Source of the DNA: an uncultured Alphaproteobacteria bacterium
GTDB taxonomy: Bacteria; Pseudomonadota; Alphaproteobacteria; Methylaequorales; Methylaequoraceae
Assembly: GCA_902526865.1 (NCBI GenBank)
Contig: CABZMK010000003.1
Coordinates: 14,640 to 78,639, forward strand
Direction: 5' to 3'
DNA: 64,000 nucleotides
The notes under the pieces are model-generated. The model was not told the origin of the DNA, ran no database searches, and saw only the letters and a list, made by a program, of their open reading frames with translations. A program made the position numbers and the translations under genes. The stretch's first letter is position 1; each line of letters opens with the position of its first letter. This document shows positions 18,179 through 29,013 of the stretch, one piece after another.

Positions 18179-18901
18179 GTGCCAAAAACATCAATTAGAA
18201 CAAAAAACCTATCAAAGACATATGATAATAAAACCGTGGTAAGTAATGTTTCAATAAATTTACCATATGGCGGTATCTTTGGAGTTTTAGGAAAAAATGG
18301 AGCAGGAAAGACAACTTTTCTAGCAATGTTAATGGGACTTATAACTCCTTCTGAAGGTGAAATTTTCATTTTTGATAAATCCCTAAAGCTCTACAAATAT
18401 GAAATATTAAAAAATATAAATTTTCAGAGTCCATATGTTGATCTTCCTAAAAAGATTACGGTTATGCAAAACTTAATTTTTTATGCTAGACTCTATGACG
18501 TTAAAAATACAAAAAAAAAGATTTTTGAATTATCAGAGGATTTATTTATAAAAGATTTTCTTGATAACACTTATGGAACTTTATCTTCCGGTCAAAAAAC
18601 AAGAGTAAATCTATGCAAAGCTTTATTAAATGACCCAAAATTACTTCTATTAGACGAACCAACAGCATCATTAGATGTATCAACATCAGAATTTATCAGA
18701 AAATATATAAGAAATTTTCAGAAAAAAAATAATTCAACAATCCTTATTACATCTCATAATTTAGAAGAAATTGAAAAACTGTGTTCACATATTATTTTAT
18801 TAGAAAAAGGAAAAATAAAATTTGATGGAAAAAAAAATGAGCTGTTTAAACAAAATAAATCTTCTTCACTTAAAGATATTTTCCTGAAAGATGATAAATA
18901 G
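18179..18901 (+). CDS. ABC transporter ATP-binding protein
   Basis: Walker A GKNGAGKTT, signature LSSGQKTRV, Walker B LLLLDEPTASLD. The GTG start lies immediately after the upstream stop. Confidence 0.85.
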   Translation: MPKTSIRTKNLSKTYDNKTVVSNVSINLPYGGIFGVLGKNGAGKTTFLAMLMGLITPSEGEIFIFDKSLKLYKYEILKNINFQSPYVDLPKKITVMQNLIFYARLYDVKNTKKKIFELSEDLFIKDFLDNTYGTLSSGQKTRVNLCKALLNDPKLLLLDEPTASLDVSTSEFIRKYIRNFQKKNNSTILITSHNLEEIEKLCSHIILLEKGKIKFDGKKNELFKQNKSSSLKDIFLKDDK

Positions 18902-19682
18902 AATCTTAGCTTTATTAATTAGATATAAGAACATATCTTTTGGATCTTTTCCCAGATTGTTAAGTATTTTTTACTGGCCAACAGTTCAGATTCTTTTCTG
19001 GGGATACTTTACTAATTTTTTTATGTCTAATGAAAGCTTTGGAATTTGGAGTGCTTTAAATATTATTCTTTCTGCAGTTGTTTTATGGGACGTTTTATTC
19101 AGAGGACAACTTGGTTTGACCATGTCTTTTTTTGAGGAGTTGTGGTCAAGAAATTTACCAAATTTATTTATTACACCATTAAAGGATATTGAGATGGTTT
19201 ATGGATTGATACTTATAAGTCTTTTAAGAACTTTGATTGGAATTACTCCTGCTGTTTTTTTTGCAAACTATTTTTTCGATTTTCATCTCTTTGAATTAGG
19301 TTTGTATTTAATATTCCTCTTTTTAAATCTAATAATTTTCGGGTGGTCCATAGGTTTTATCGTTTCTGGCCTAGTGTTGAGGTATGGCCAAGCCTTTGAA
19401 GAATTAGCATGGGCGATTATCTTTATCATTCTTCCATTTTCATGTGTATATTATCCATTAGATTCTTTACCTAATATAGTACAAGATATAGCTCTTTTTT
19501 TACCAACAGTACATATTTTTGAGACTATGAGATTGATTTTGATCGAAAATAAAATTGTTTTACATAACGTTTTAATAATTATTTTCCTCAATCTATTATA
19601 TTTAATTTTAAGTATCTTATTTTTTTTAAGAATGATCTTTGTTGCAAGAAAAAGAGGACTTCTTTTTAATCAGGGAGAATAA
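18891..19682 (+). CDS. ABC-2 type transporter permease
   Basis: 263 aa with about 6 predicted TM segments. Overlaps the ATPase gene by 11 nt. Confidence 0.7.
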   Translation: MINRILALLIRYKNISFGSFPRLLSIFYWPTVQILFWGYFTNFFMSNESFGIWSALNIILSAVVLWDVLFRGQLGLTMSFFEELWSRNLPNLFITPLKDIEMVYGLILISLLRTLIGITPAVFFANYFFDFHLFELGLYLIFLFLNLIIFGWSIGFIVSGLVLRYGQAFEELAWAIIFIILPFSCVYYPLDSLPNIVQDIALFLPTVHIFETMRLILIENKIVLHNVLIIIFLNLLYLILSILFFLRMIFVARKRGLLFNQGE

Positions 19683-20605
19683 TCGTCGATTTTATATCTT
19701 ATTGTATCTTTAGTTGAATGTTGATAGATAAACATACATGATTCCTTTATAAAATTTAAGTAATTCTTACTCCCTAAAAATAAACAAATTCTCAGAAAAT
19801 TCATCCTATTAAATTTAGTTTTTCTTTTTTCTCTTCTGTACCATTTTTCTGATCTTCCTATTGACTTCTTACATGCAATTTTTAATGTTGAGTCTTCCAA
19901 CTTATTTTTTTTTATAAAGTAATACAATGCAGCATTATAGTCGTGTACAAGTTGAGTTTTTTTCCCAACCATAATTCTGTTTTCGTCATTTTTCGGTCCA
20001 TATGATGTTATATTATCAATAAAACAAAAATTTCCAAAACGGGCTAAATTTAAAACTAAAGAAAAATCTTCTATAAAAAGTTTTTTATTACACCCACCAG
20101 ATTTTTGAATTGTTTTATTACAATATAGATTAGGTGTTGTACCTGAAAAGCTTGAAGTAATTGCGGCTGTAAGTGGATTTTCTAGAAATCTAAAGTTTTC
20201 GATTTTACTATTTCCAAACGTAATATTATTATAACTTTGCAATAATTTGTATGAGCTAAAAGCTGCTACAGAATTTTTTTTTAAGATTGTGTTTAATAAA
20301 ATTTCACAACAATATGGTGCCATAATATCGTCACCACCAACTAATTTAATATAATCACCCGTGGCCCTGCTAATTCCGTATTGAGTTGCAATTGCTGGTC
20401 CTCTGTTTTTCTGACTTAAAATTGTTGTATTTTCCCATTCTTGAGTTTTTTTTTTTAAATATTCTAGCGATCCATCTGTAGATCCATCATCAATAAAAAT
20501 ATATTCTTTCTCAAAGCTTCCTATTTGTTTTTGAATAGACAAAAGTACAAGTTTTAAATATTTTTTTTTGTTAAATATTGGGCATACAAAACTTATTTTT
20601 GTCAT
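19670..20605 (-). CDS. Glycosyltransferase family 2
   Basis: ISFVCPIFNKKKYL...IFIDDGSTDGS and the downstream GGDD region are typical of GT-A/GT2. Confidence 0.8.
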   Translation of the reverse strand: MTKISFVCPIFNKKKYLKLVLLSIQKQIGSFEKEYIFIDDGSTDGSLEYLKKKTQEWENTTILSQKNRGPAIATQYGISRATGDYIKLVGGDDIMAPYCCEILLNTILKKNSVAAFSSYKLLQSYNNITFGNSKIENFRFLENPLTAAITSSFSGTTPNLYCNKTIQKSGGCNKKLFIEDFSLVLNLARFGNFCFIDNITSYGPKNDENRIMVGKKTQLVHDYNAALYYFIKKNKLEDSTLKIACKKSIGRSEKWYRREKRKTKFNRMNFLRICLFLGSKNYLNFIKESCMFIYQHSTKDTIRYKIDDYSP

Positions 20606-20606
20606 T

Positions 20607-21608
20607 TTAGAATAGTTTTTCTTTCCATGTTTTCGGTGTTTTTGAATTTATAATTTCAAGATCGAGATGGTACCTGAATTTTTTAACGCCTTTTTCTTTT
20701 ATAAAATCAATCATCTTTTTTAATCCATGATCTAATTTTGTTTTTGTTTTGTAATTAAGGAGTCTACGTGCCTTATCAGCACTGCAAGTTGCTTCCAAAA
20801 CTTCTTGAGGTCTTCCTTTAATATATTTTGGGTTCAGATTAAACTTGAGTTGATTGGCTATTTTGTTAGCCAAAGTATTAATTGTTATAAATTCTTCATC
20901 CGGTCCTATGTTAATTATTTGACTCTTTACAGACGTACTAGTGGCCATCTCTTTAAGACAAAATAGGTTATCGTCAATATATGAGAAACATCTTTTTTGT
21001 TCTCCGTCTCCATATATGTAAGGTTGTCTATTTTGTAACATCAAATTAATCATTATTGAAGCTACATTTCGATATGGATCGTCGTATTTTTGTCTCGGTC
21101 CAATTATATTATGTGGTACAGCAATAACGTATTCAACTCCGTGAACTTCACACAAATTTTTTAGGATATTTTCTGCCGCTACTTTTGCTATACCATATGG
21201 ATCTTGAGGAGTAGGGATGAATTCTTCTCTAAAAGGTACTTCATTGGTACCATATCTAGCCATAGATGAGCAAAATATGATTCTTTTAACTTTATTTTCA
21301 ATTGCTGCACTAAATAATGATACCGATCCAGTAACAATATTTTGCGTAATTAGATGAGGTGAAAAAACAGATAAACCCTCATATGCCGTTGCTGCCGTAT
21401 GATATACTAGGTCGCATCCTTTAGTAATTTTAAGCATTGAATTTCGAAAACAACAATCGTATTGATAAAACTCAGCTTCTGGTGGAACATTATCCAATTC
21501 ACCACCAATTAAATTATCACAGCCAACGACTTGATGACCTTCATTGATAAAAGCATCCGCCAAATGACTTCCAAGAAAACCAGCAATTCCACTAATAAAT
21601 ATTTTCAT
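20607..21608 (-). CDS. NAD-dependent sugar-nucleotide epimerase/dehydratase (SDR family)
   Basis: GIAGFLGSHL Rossmann motif and catalytic YGIAK (YxxxK). 333 aa. Confidence 0.85.
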   Translation of the reverse strand: MKIFISGIAGFLGSHLADAFINEGHQVVGCDNLIGGELDNVPPEAEFYQYDCCFRNSMLKITKGCDLVYHTAATAYEGLSVFSPHLITQNIVTGSVSLFSAAIENKVKRIIFCSSMARYGTNEVPFREEFIPTPQDPYGIAKVAAENILKNLCEVHGVEYVIAVPHNIIGPRQKYDDPYRNVASIMINLMLQNRQPYIYGDGEQKRCFSYIDDNLFCLKEMATSTSVKSQIINIGPDEEFITINTLANKIANQLKFNLNPKYIKGRPQEVLEATCSADKARRLLNYKTKTKLDHGLKKMIDFIKEKGVKKFRYHLDLEIINSKTPKTWKEKLF

Positions 21609-21614
21609 AAAAAA

Positions 21615-21690
21615 TGGCTCCGGCGACAGGACTCGAACCTGTGACCCAGCGATTAACAGTCGCTTGCTCTACCAACTGAGCTACGCCGGA
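21615..21690 (-). tRNA. tRNA-Asn (GUU)
   Basis: I folded it by hand. Acceptor TCCGGCG/CGCCGGA, anticodon stem AGCGA/TCGCT with loop CTGTTAA, T-arm ACAGG-TTCGAGT-CCTGT, encoded CCA. 76 nt. Confidence 0.9.
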
Positions 21691-21741
21691 ATTATGGATA
21701 TAATAATTAAATTTTTTTAATTGTAAAACATTTATAAAACT

Positions 21742-21815
21742 TGGAGGTGCGGACCGGATTCGAACCGGTGTACACGGCTTTGCAGGCCGGTGCGTAGCCT
21801 CTCCGCCACCGCACC
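21742..21815 (-). tRNA. tRNA-Cys (GCA)
   Basis: I folded it by hand. Acceptor GGTGCGG/CCGCACC, anticodon loop CTGCAAA, T-arm ACCGG-TTCGAAT-CCGGT, discriminator U plus CCA. 74 nt. Confidence 0.85.
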
Positions 21816-21890
21816 TCATTTAATTCTTAAATATTGTAATAAATATTAATACTTATATATTAAAGTTTTACACATTAATAGCCCAATATA

Positions 21891-22565
21891 ATGAATAGTA
21901 ATTTTTTTGATAAAGCACGAGCTAATATGGTAAATAACCAACTACTTCCAAACGGTGTTAAAAATTTAGACCTAATCGAATCATTTGATAATACAAAGAA
22001 AGAATTATTTGTTCCGGATTCCGAAAAAGAGGTAGTATACAGTGATTCAGATATCTTGATTTCCCCAGATAGATACTTAGTAAGGACATTTGTCTTAGCA
22101 AAAATGTTTGAGCACTGTAGTTTTTCAAAAGATGATTCAGTTTTAGTGATTGGTTGCTTAACAGGTTACTCTGTAGCAATAATTTCAAATTTAGTAAGTT
22201 ATGTGTTTGGTGTTGAAAATTGTAAAAAATTAGTTGAAGGGGCTAATTCCGTTTTATCACATATGGGATGTTTAAATACTTCAGTTTTCTATAAATCAAA
22301 TCTAGTTTTAGGTAATAATAAAAACGCACCTTATGATAAGATTTTTATTGAGGGTGCTGTAAAATCAGTTCCAAAAGTTTTAATTAAACAATTGAAAGAT
22401 AATGGTGAAATCTACACGGTTCTAAAAGAAGAAGATTATATTGGTGAATTTGTTAGAGGTCAGAAAATTGGGTCTCTAATATCATTTACCAAACTTTTCA
22501 ATACAAATTTATATGAATTGAAAGATTTCATAATCCAGGAAAATGGATATGAAAAAAGTCTTTAA
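21891..22565 (+). CDS. Protein-L-isoaspartate O-methyltransferase family protein (divergent paralogue)
   Basis: 224 aa. Methyltransferase motif I-like VLVIGCLTGY. Its position directly upstream of tolC matches common alphaproteobacterial synteny. Confidence 0.65.
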   Translation: MNSNFFDKARANMVNNQLLPNGVKNLDLIESFDNTKKELFVPDSEKEVVYSDSDILISPDRYLVRTFVLAKMFEHCSFSKDDSVLVIGCLTGYSVAIISNLVSYVFGVENCKKLVEGANSVLSHMGCLNTSVFYKSNLVLGNNKNAPYDKIFIEGAVKSVPKVLIKQLKDNGEIYTVLKEEDYIGEFVRGQKIGSLISFTKLFNTNLYELKDFIIQENGYEKSL

Positions 22566-23913
22566 AAAATATTGTTTAATTTTCTTAATTTTATTTCCTC
22601 AATTCTCTTCCTCTAATCAGATAGTCAATGACGATCTTAAACAATCACTTGAAAAACTTTATGAGTTAAACCCAAAAATTAAGTATTATAGAAATATTTT
22701 AGAGTCAAAAGACGAATTAATGCCTCAAGCATATTCTGAATTTCGACCGGAGATAAAAGGTTATTATCAAAAAGGAAAGGTGCATACAAACTCTCACGGA
22801 TTCAATATTACATCTGATGGAATAAGGTCTGAAACTAATAAAGGAATAACCATAACACAAGAGATTTTTGATGGAGGAAGTAGTTTAAGTAATATTCAGG
22901 TTGCTAAAAATACTATTTTTTCAGAAAGATATATTTTACAAGATAAAGAGCAAGAAATTTTCATCGACGCAATAAAAATTTATTCTGAATTCGCGACCGA
23001 GCAGTCAAATTTTCAGTTAAAAAAAAAAAATGTAGAAGTCCTTAAAAATAGATTTGAATTAACAAAAGAACAATTTGAAATTGGAGAAGTCACTCTCACA
23101 GATGTTTCAATAGCTGATGCAAGATTATCTTTGGCGAAATCAGATTTAATAGAATCAGAGAAAAATTTAGAATCCCTAACTGCTAATTATTTATATTTAT
23201 TTGGTGTTAAACCAATTTCTCCAAAGATTGATTTAGCAGTTCTCGAATTCAAAAAAAATGTTGACGAGATTAAGTCTTTAGGATTAAAAAAAAATCCGAA
23301 AGTTAATGACTTGGTGTACCAAATTAAATCACTTGAATATAAAATTAAGACTCTGAAAAGAAAAAAATTCCCAAGTGTTAAATTGGAAGCAGACGCGTAC
23401 ATAAATGAGGGCTACTTCAGAACTGACAGTAAAAGAGAGGTTCTCTCTGCTTTTGCCATTATTGATATACCCTTATACCAGTCTGGTGCAGCTTCTTCTA
23501 GGATCAGAGAAGTAAAAAGCCAACTATTTGCCTTAAATCAATTATTACGACAAGTTAAAGAAGAAATTGAATTTAACCTTACATCATCTATGTCATCATA
23601 CGATTATTCTTATTCAAAAATTAAAGCATATAAAAAACAAATTGAGTCAAACAAAATCTATTTAGAGGGTTTGAGACAAGAAATGCAACTTGGTGAACGA
23701 ACAATGCTTGATTTACTTGATGGAGAGCAAGAATTATTAAAATCACAGTTAGACCTCGTAAAGTCTTACCGAGATCTATTTAATTCCTATTATGAAACGA
23801 TTTTCTTCATGGGTGGTCTAAATCCAAGAGATTTAGGATTAAATGTAAAATATTATGACGAAACGACAAATTTTGACGATGTCAAATTTAAGTGGTTGGA
23901 TATAATTGAATAA
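22543..23913 (+). CDS. tolC: TolC-family outer membrane efflux protein
   Basis: 456 aa. Signal peptide and two internally repeated coiled-coil/beta-barrel halves typical of OEP/TolC. Confidence 0.8.
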   Translation: MDMKKVFKKYCLIFLILFPQFSSSNQIVNDDLKQSLEKLYELNPKIKYYRNILESKDELMPQAYSEFRPEIKGYYQKGKVHTNSHGFNITSDGIRSETNKGITITQEIFDGGSSLSNIQVAKNTIFSERYILQDKEQEIFIDAIKIYSEFATEQSNFQLKKKNVEVLKNRFELTKEQFEIGEVTLTDVSIADARLSLAKSDLIESEKNLESLTANYLYLFGVKPISPKIDLAVLEFKKNVDEIKSLGLKKNPKVNDLVYQIKSLEYKIKTLKRKKFPSVKLEADAYINEGYFRTDSKREVLSAFAIIDIPLYQSGAASSRIREVKSQLFALNQLLRQVKEEIEFNLTSSMSSYDYSYSKIKAYKKQIESNKIYLEGLRQEMQLGERTMLDLLDGEQELLKSQLDLVKSYRDLFNSYYETIFFMGGLNPRDLGLNVKYYDETTNFDDVKFKWLDIIE

Positions 23914-23915
23914 TA

Positions 23916-26522
23916 ATGTTAGATAAAAGATTTAATTTTTCAGAAGTTGAAGCTAAATGTTTAAATCATTGGTCTGAAAATAAAATATTTTCTTTTAATA
24001 ACGACGAAAGCAAAAAACCTTTTTGTATTATGATGCCACCACCAAATGTTACTGGTAGTTTGCATATGGGGCATGCTTTAACTTTCACTCTACAAGACAT
24101 CTTAATTAGATTTCATAAAAAACTTAATAAAAATGTTTTGTGGCAACCTGGAACTGATCATGCTGGAATTGCAACCGAAATAGTAGTTGAAAAAATGATT
24201 CAAAAAGAAAGTGAATTATCAAAAGTTGAATTAGGAAGGTCAAAATTTATTGAAAAAATTTGGAATTGGAAAGAAGAATCTGGTGATAAGATAATTAATC
24301 AAATGAAAAGATTAGGTACATCAGTTGATTGGAATGTTTCTCGATTTACAATGGACGAAGGACTTAGTGATTCAGTTAAAGAGGTTTTCATTGATCTTTA
24401 TAACCGAGGTTTAATTTATAAAGACAAAAGATTGGTTAATTGGGATCCAAAACTTGGAACTGCTCTTTCGGATCTAGAGGTGAACCAAATTGAAAAAGTT
24501 GGAAAAATGTGGTTTATAAAGTACCAATTGGAAAACAGCAAAGAAAACATAGTTATTGGAACAACAAGACCAGAAACAATATTTGGTGACTCTGGCATAG
24601 CGATTCATCCCAAAAATAAAAAGCTTAATCATCTAATTGGAAAAAAAGCACTAATTCCTATTCTCAATAAAAGTATACCAATTTTTGCAGATGAATATGC
24701 AGACCCAGAAAAAGGTTCTGGTGCAGTAAAAATTACTCCAGCGCATGATTTTAATGATTTTGAAATAGGAAAAAAACATGATTTAGAATTTGTAAATATT
24801 TTAGATAAGACAGCAAATTTAAATAAAAACACTCCAAAAGAATATCAAGGTTTAAATAGGTTTGTTGCCAGGAAAAAATTGATAAGTGAACTAAAAAAAC
24901 AAAATAAAATTTTAAAAATAGTGAATAACAAAATGTTTCTTCCTATGGGAGATAGAAGCGATGAAGTTATAGAGCCGCTATTAACCTTTCAATGGTTTCT
25001 AGATACTAAGAAAATAAGTATTAAAGTAAAAAAAGCGATTAAAGAAAAAAAAATCGTATTTCATCCAAACTCATGGATAAATACATTCAAGTATTGGATA
25101 GAAAATATTGAGCCATGGTGTATTTCGCGACAGATTTGGTGGGGACATAGAATTCCAATCTGGTATTCTAATAAAGGACTAAAGGTAGCAGCAAAATCAA
25201 AAGAAGAAGCAGTTGATATCTTAAAGTTAAAAGATGAAACTGACAAAATTTTGCATCAAGATGAAGACGTATTAGATACTTGGTTTTCTTCTGCGCTATG
25301 GCCTTTTTCAACTTTAGGTTGGCCAGAAAATAATAAACTGTTAAAGACCTTTTATCCATCAAATGTTTTAGTTACCGGGTTTGACATTATTTTCTTTTGG
25401 GTTGCTAGGATGGTAATGATGGGTCTTGAATTTATGAATGAAGTTCCCTTTAAGAATATTTATATTCATCCTTTGGTAAAAGATGAAAACGGACAAAAAA
25501 TGTCAAAATCAAAAGGTAATGTTATTGATCCACTTGATTTGATTGAGAAATATGGTTCTGATGCACTTAGATTTACATTAACGAATTTATCAACTCAAGG
25601 TAGAGATATAAAACTTTCGGATAAATTGGTCGAAAATAGTAGAAATTTTATAACAAAAATTTGGAATGTAGCCAGGTTTAGTCAGTTTAATAACTTTAAG
25701 TATGAAAAGGAGTTTTATCCACAATATTGTGCACTACCGGTAAATAACTGGATTTTATCTAGATTTTTTGAAACCCAAAATAAGGTAATTAGAAATTTAG
25801 AGAATTTTAAATTTAATTTAATGATTTCTGAATTATATCAATTCATATGGAGTGATTTTTGCGATTTTTATATTGAACTATCCAAGAATTACTTAAAAGA
25901 GGATAAAAATAAGAAAGAAATATCAAATGTTTTCAATTTTGTTTTTTCGAGATCATTAAATTTGATTAATCCAGTTATACCATTTATTACTGAAAAATTG
26001 GGAAAAGAGTTAGGGTTTATTCAAGATTCTTTTTTCGAGACAAAATTACATGTCGATTTAAAGTTTAAATTTAAATCTAAGGAGATTGATGATTTTAAAA
26101 AATTTATCGAGCTAATAAAAAAAATTAGATTTGAAATTGGAAATAATAAATCTAGATTCAGCCTCTATATCCTTTCTGAAGAAAAAGTGATGTGGATAGA
26201 TAAAAACATTTTTCTATTAACCTCAATTTTTAAATTTGAATCTGTAGAATATGAAAAAAAGATTATAAATAAAACTAAACATAGCAAAATTTTAGTAATT
26301 TTTGGATTAAAATTTATTATTGTTCCTTCTGGAGACTCTAAATTTAAAGATCAAAAATCATTGAGCAAGAAGATTTTATTTTATGAGAATGAAATTAATT
26401 TCTTTAACGAAAAATTAAAAAATAGCGAATTTCTGAATAAAGCTCCTTCTAAAATAATTGACCAACACAAATTTAAACTTGAGGAAGCTAAAAGGAACCT
26501 TAAGCTTTTAACTCAGAAGTGA
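23916..26522 (+). CDS. valS: Valine--tRNA ligase
   Basis: 868 aa. HIGH-type PPPNVTGSLHMGHAL, KMSKSKGN, and a C-terminal coiled coil. Confidence 0.95.
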   Translation: MLDKRFNFSEVEAKCLNHWSENKIFSFNNDESKKPFCIMMPPPNVTGSLHMGHALTFTLQDILIRFHKKLNKNVLWQPGTDHAGIATEIVVEKMIQKESELSKVELGRSKFIEKIWNWKEESGDKIINQMKRLGTSVDWNVSRFTMDEGLSDSVKEVFIDLYNRGLIYKDKRLVNWDPKLGTALSDLEVNQIEKVGKMWFIKYQLENSKENIVIGTTRPETIFGDSGIAIHPKNKKLNHLIGKKALIPILNKSIPIFADEYADPEKGSGAVKITPAHDFNDFEIGKKHDLEFVNILDKTANLNKNTPKEYQGLNRFVARKKLISELKKQNKILKIVNNKMFLPMGDRSDEVIEPLLTFQWFLDTKKISIKVKKAIKEKKIVFHPNSWINTFKYWIENIEPWCISRQIWWGHRIPIWYSNKGLKVAAKSKEEAVDILKLKDETDKILHQDEDVLDTWFSSALWPFSTLGWPENNKLLKTFYPSNVLVTGFDIIFFWVARMVMMGLEFMNEVPFKNIYIHPLVKDENGQKMSKSKGNVIDPLDLIEKYGSDALRFTLTNLSTQGRDIKLSDKLVENSRNFITKIWNVARFSQFNNFKYEKEFYPQYCALPVNNWILSRFFETQNKVIRNLENFKFNLMISELYQFIWSDFCDFYIELSKNYLKEDKNKKEISNVFNFVFSRSLNLINPVIPFITEKLGKELGFIQDSFFETKLHVDLKFKFKSKEIDDFKKFIELIKKIRFEIGNNKSRFSLYILSEEKVMWIDKNIFLLTSIFKFESVEYEKKIINKTKHSKILVIFGLKFIIVPSGDSKFKDQKSLSKKILFYENEINFFNEKLKNSEFLNKAPSKIIDQHKFKLEEAKRNLKLLTQK

Positions 26523-27295
26523 TGTTCGAAATTAAATTTAACAATCTTGTTTTTAAGTCTAATAAAAACAAAATCATTAACAATAAAGTTATCTTCTTTT
26601 TCTATGGAATAGGTTGTTGTTCAGATGATTTTAAATTTTTATTCAATACATTAGGTCCAAAATTTAATCTCTATATTGTAGAACTTCCAGGGCACAATGG
26701 GACTAAATATTCTGAAAGTGATTTATATTCATTTTCAAAAAAGATTTATCTTTTTCTAAAAAAAAAAAATATTAAGGAAATTACTTTTTTTGCACATTCT
26801 TTGGGTGGAATTATCCCAATAATTTTAGTAAAGAACTTTATAAAAAAAAAAATACTAATTAGTAACTTTATAAACTACGAGGGAAACTTGACTAAATATG
26901 ATACAGAGACTTTAACAAAAAAAACTATTTCGTATAAGAAAAATGATTTTATTAAAAACAAATTTAGGAATTTATTAAAAAAAACTGAATCGTCCCAAAA
27001 TAGGTTTTTGAGTTGTTGGTCTCAATCACTAAAAAAAACCTCACCATCTATCTTTTATGATTTATCAGAACAATGCGTTAAATTAAGTGAATCAAATGAA
27101 CTATTAAATTTTTTCAAAACGTCCTTTAAAAAAAAAGTTTATATTTATGGTGAGAAGACTCAATTAAAGGTTTCAAAATATACTTTTGGTTCAGTCCGTT
27201 ACAAGATTAAAAATTCTGGTCATTTCTCTTTTTTTGAAAGTAAATTAGATTTTAGTAGAATATTTAGAAAATTATTATTAAAAAAATATAAATGA
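26519..27295 (+). CDS. Alpha/beta hydrolase fold protein
   Basis: 258 aa. Nucleophile elbow AHSLGG and a late His (NSGHF). The start is either GTG at 26519 or ATG at 26522, which overlaps the valS stop. Confidence 0.7.
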   Translation: MMFEIKFNNLVFKSNKNKIINNKVIFFFYGIGCCSDDFKFLFNTLGPKFNLYIVELPGHNGTKYSESDLYSFSKKIYLFLKKKNIKEITFFAHSLGGIIPIILVKNFIKKKILISNFINYEGNLTKYDTETLTKKTISYKKNDFIKNKFRNLLKKTESSQNRFLSCWSQSLKKTSPSIFYDLSEQCVKLSESNELLNFFKTSFKKKVYIYGEKTQLKVSKYTFGSVRYKIKNSGHFSFFESKLDFSRIFRKLLLKKYK

Positions 27296-29013
27296 ATAAA
27301 ATTAAAAAACAAAATCTTCCTAGCCGACATGTTTCATTGGGTCCTAAAAGCTCCCCCCATAGATCTTATTATTATGCAATGGGAATGACTGAGAAAGAAA
27401 TATATCAACCTTTTGTTGGTATTGCGACATGTTGGAATGAGTCCGCGCCTTGTAATATTTCTCTTTCTCGTCAAGCTCAATCAGCAAAGAAAGGTGTCAA
27501 AGATAATACTGGAACTCCCAGAGAGTTTACTACAATTACAGTTACTGATGGCATAGCAATGGGGCATGAGGGAATGAAATCATCTTTGGTATCGAGAGAA
27601 ATTATCGCAGATTCAATTGAGGTTTCTATGAGAGGACATTGTTATGACGGATTGGTTGGAATTGCAGGGTGTGATAAATCTTTACCTGGCATAATGATGG
27701 CGATGTTGAGGTTAAATGTTCCTTCTGTATTTTTATACGGTGGTTCAATCCTTCCAGGTAAACACAAAAATAAAGAAGTTACGGTCCAGGATGTATTTGA
27801 GGCAGTTGGTGAATTTGATTCAAATAAGATCACTGAGGATGAGCTTTGTGAATTAGAAAAAGTTGCATGCCCATCAGCAGGTTCTTGCGGAGGACAATTT
27901 ACTGCAAACACGATGGCCTGCGTTGCTGAAGCAATTGGATTAGCATTGCCTGGTTCCTCTTCAACCCCAGCCCCATATGAGTCCAGAGATAAATTTGCAT
28001 ATGATTCTGGAATTAAAGTAATGGATTTAATTAATATGCAACTTAAACCTAGGGATATTGTAAATAAAAAATCTCTTATTAATGCTGCAAGAATTGTTGC
28101 GTGCTCTGGTGGTTCAACAAATGCAGCTTTACATTTACCTGCATTAGCTAATGAAATAGGAATTGACTTTGATATAATGGATGTTGCAAAAATTTTTAAA
28201 GAGACACCATATATAGCCGACTTGAAACCTGGAGGAAAATATCTTGCAAAAGACCTTCATGACATTGGAGGAGTACCAATTATAATGAAAACTTTATTGG
28301 ATGGAGGTTTTCTAGATGGTTCGTGTCTGACTGTAACTGGTAAAACTTTAAAAGAAAATTTAAGTTCTATTAAGGTTGACTTCGATTCCCAAAAAATCAT
28401 TTTTTCTACTAAAAATCCAATTTCTAAAACAGGTGGAGTTGTTGGTTTGCAGGGAAATCTAGCGCCTGATGGGGCTATTGTAAAGGTTGCAGGGTTAAAA
28501 TCTCAAAAATTTGTGGGAACAGCTAGATGTTTTGATTGTGAAGAGAGTGCTTTTGACGCTGTGAGTAACAAACAATATGAAGCAGGGGATGTAATAGTTA
28601 TAAGATATGAAGGACCAAAAGGGGGGCCAGGTATGAGAGAAATGCTTGCTACAACTGCCGCAATATACGGACAAGGGATGGGAGAAAAAGTTGCTCTAAT
28701 TACAGACGGAAGATTTTCCGGAGCAACAAGAGGTTTATGTGTTGGCCATGTAAGCCCAGAAGCCATGGAATTGGGCCCAATTGCTCTCATCAAGAATGGT
28801 GACCAAATATTAATTGATGCTAAAGAGGGTATAATAACATTAAATGTTGATGAAAAAATATTAAAAACCAGAAAAATATCAATTCAAAAAAGAAAAAATA
28901 ATTTTGGATCGGGTGCATTATGGAAATTTTCTCAAACAGTCGGGTCTGCTAGATTTGGCGCAGTCACACATCCAGGTGCAAAAAAAGAAATAAAGAACTA
29001 TTCAGATATCTAA
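27292..29013 (+). CDS. ilvD: Dihydroxy-acid dehydratase
   Basis: 573 aa. [20 protein letters not shown] and TDGRFSG motifs. Confidence 0.95.
   Translation: MNKIKKQNLPSRHVSLGPKSSPHRSYYYAMGMTEKEIYQPFVGIATCWNESAPCNISLSRQAQSAKKGVKDNTGTPREFTTITVTDGIAMGHEGMKSSLVSREIIADSIEVSMRGHCYDGLVGIAGCDKSLPGIMMAMLRLNVPSVFLYGGSILPGKHKNKEVTVQDVFEAVGEFDSNKITEDELCELEKVACPSAGSCGGQFTANTMACVAEAIGLALPGSSSTPAPYESRDKFAYDSGIKVMDLINMQLKPRDIVNKKSLINAARIVACSGGSTNAALHLPALANEIGIDFDIMDVAKIFKETPYIADLKPGGKYLAKDLHDIGGVPIIMKTLLDGGFLDGSCLTVTGKTLKENLSSIKVDFDSQKIIFSTKNPISKTGGVVGLQGNLAPDGAIVKVAGLKSQKFVGTARCFDCEESAFDAVSNKQYEAGDVIVIRYEGPKGGPGMREMLATTAAIYGQGMGEKVALITDGRFSGATRGLCVGHVSPEAMELGPIALIKNGDQILIDAKEGIITLNVDEKILKTRKISIQKRKNNFGSGALWKFSQTVGSARFGAVTHPGAKKEIKNYSDI

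Noticed and set aside
21592-21819. 75-aa minus-strand ORF in the track
   Set aside because: It is composed almost entirely of the tRNA-Asn and tRNA-Cys genes read as protein (GC-rich, Arg/Pro/Gly-rich). It is spurious.
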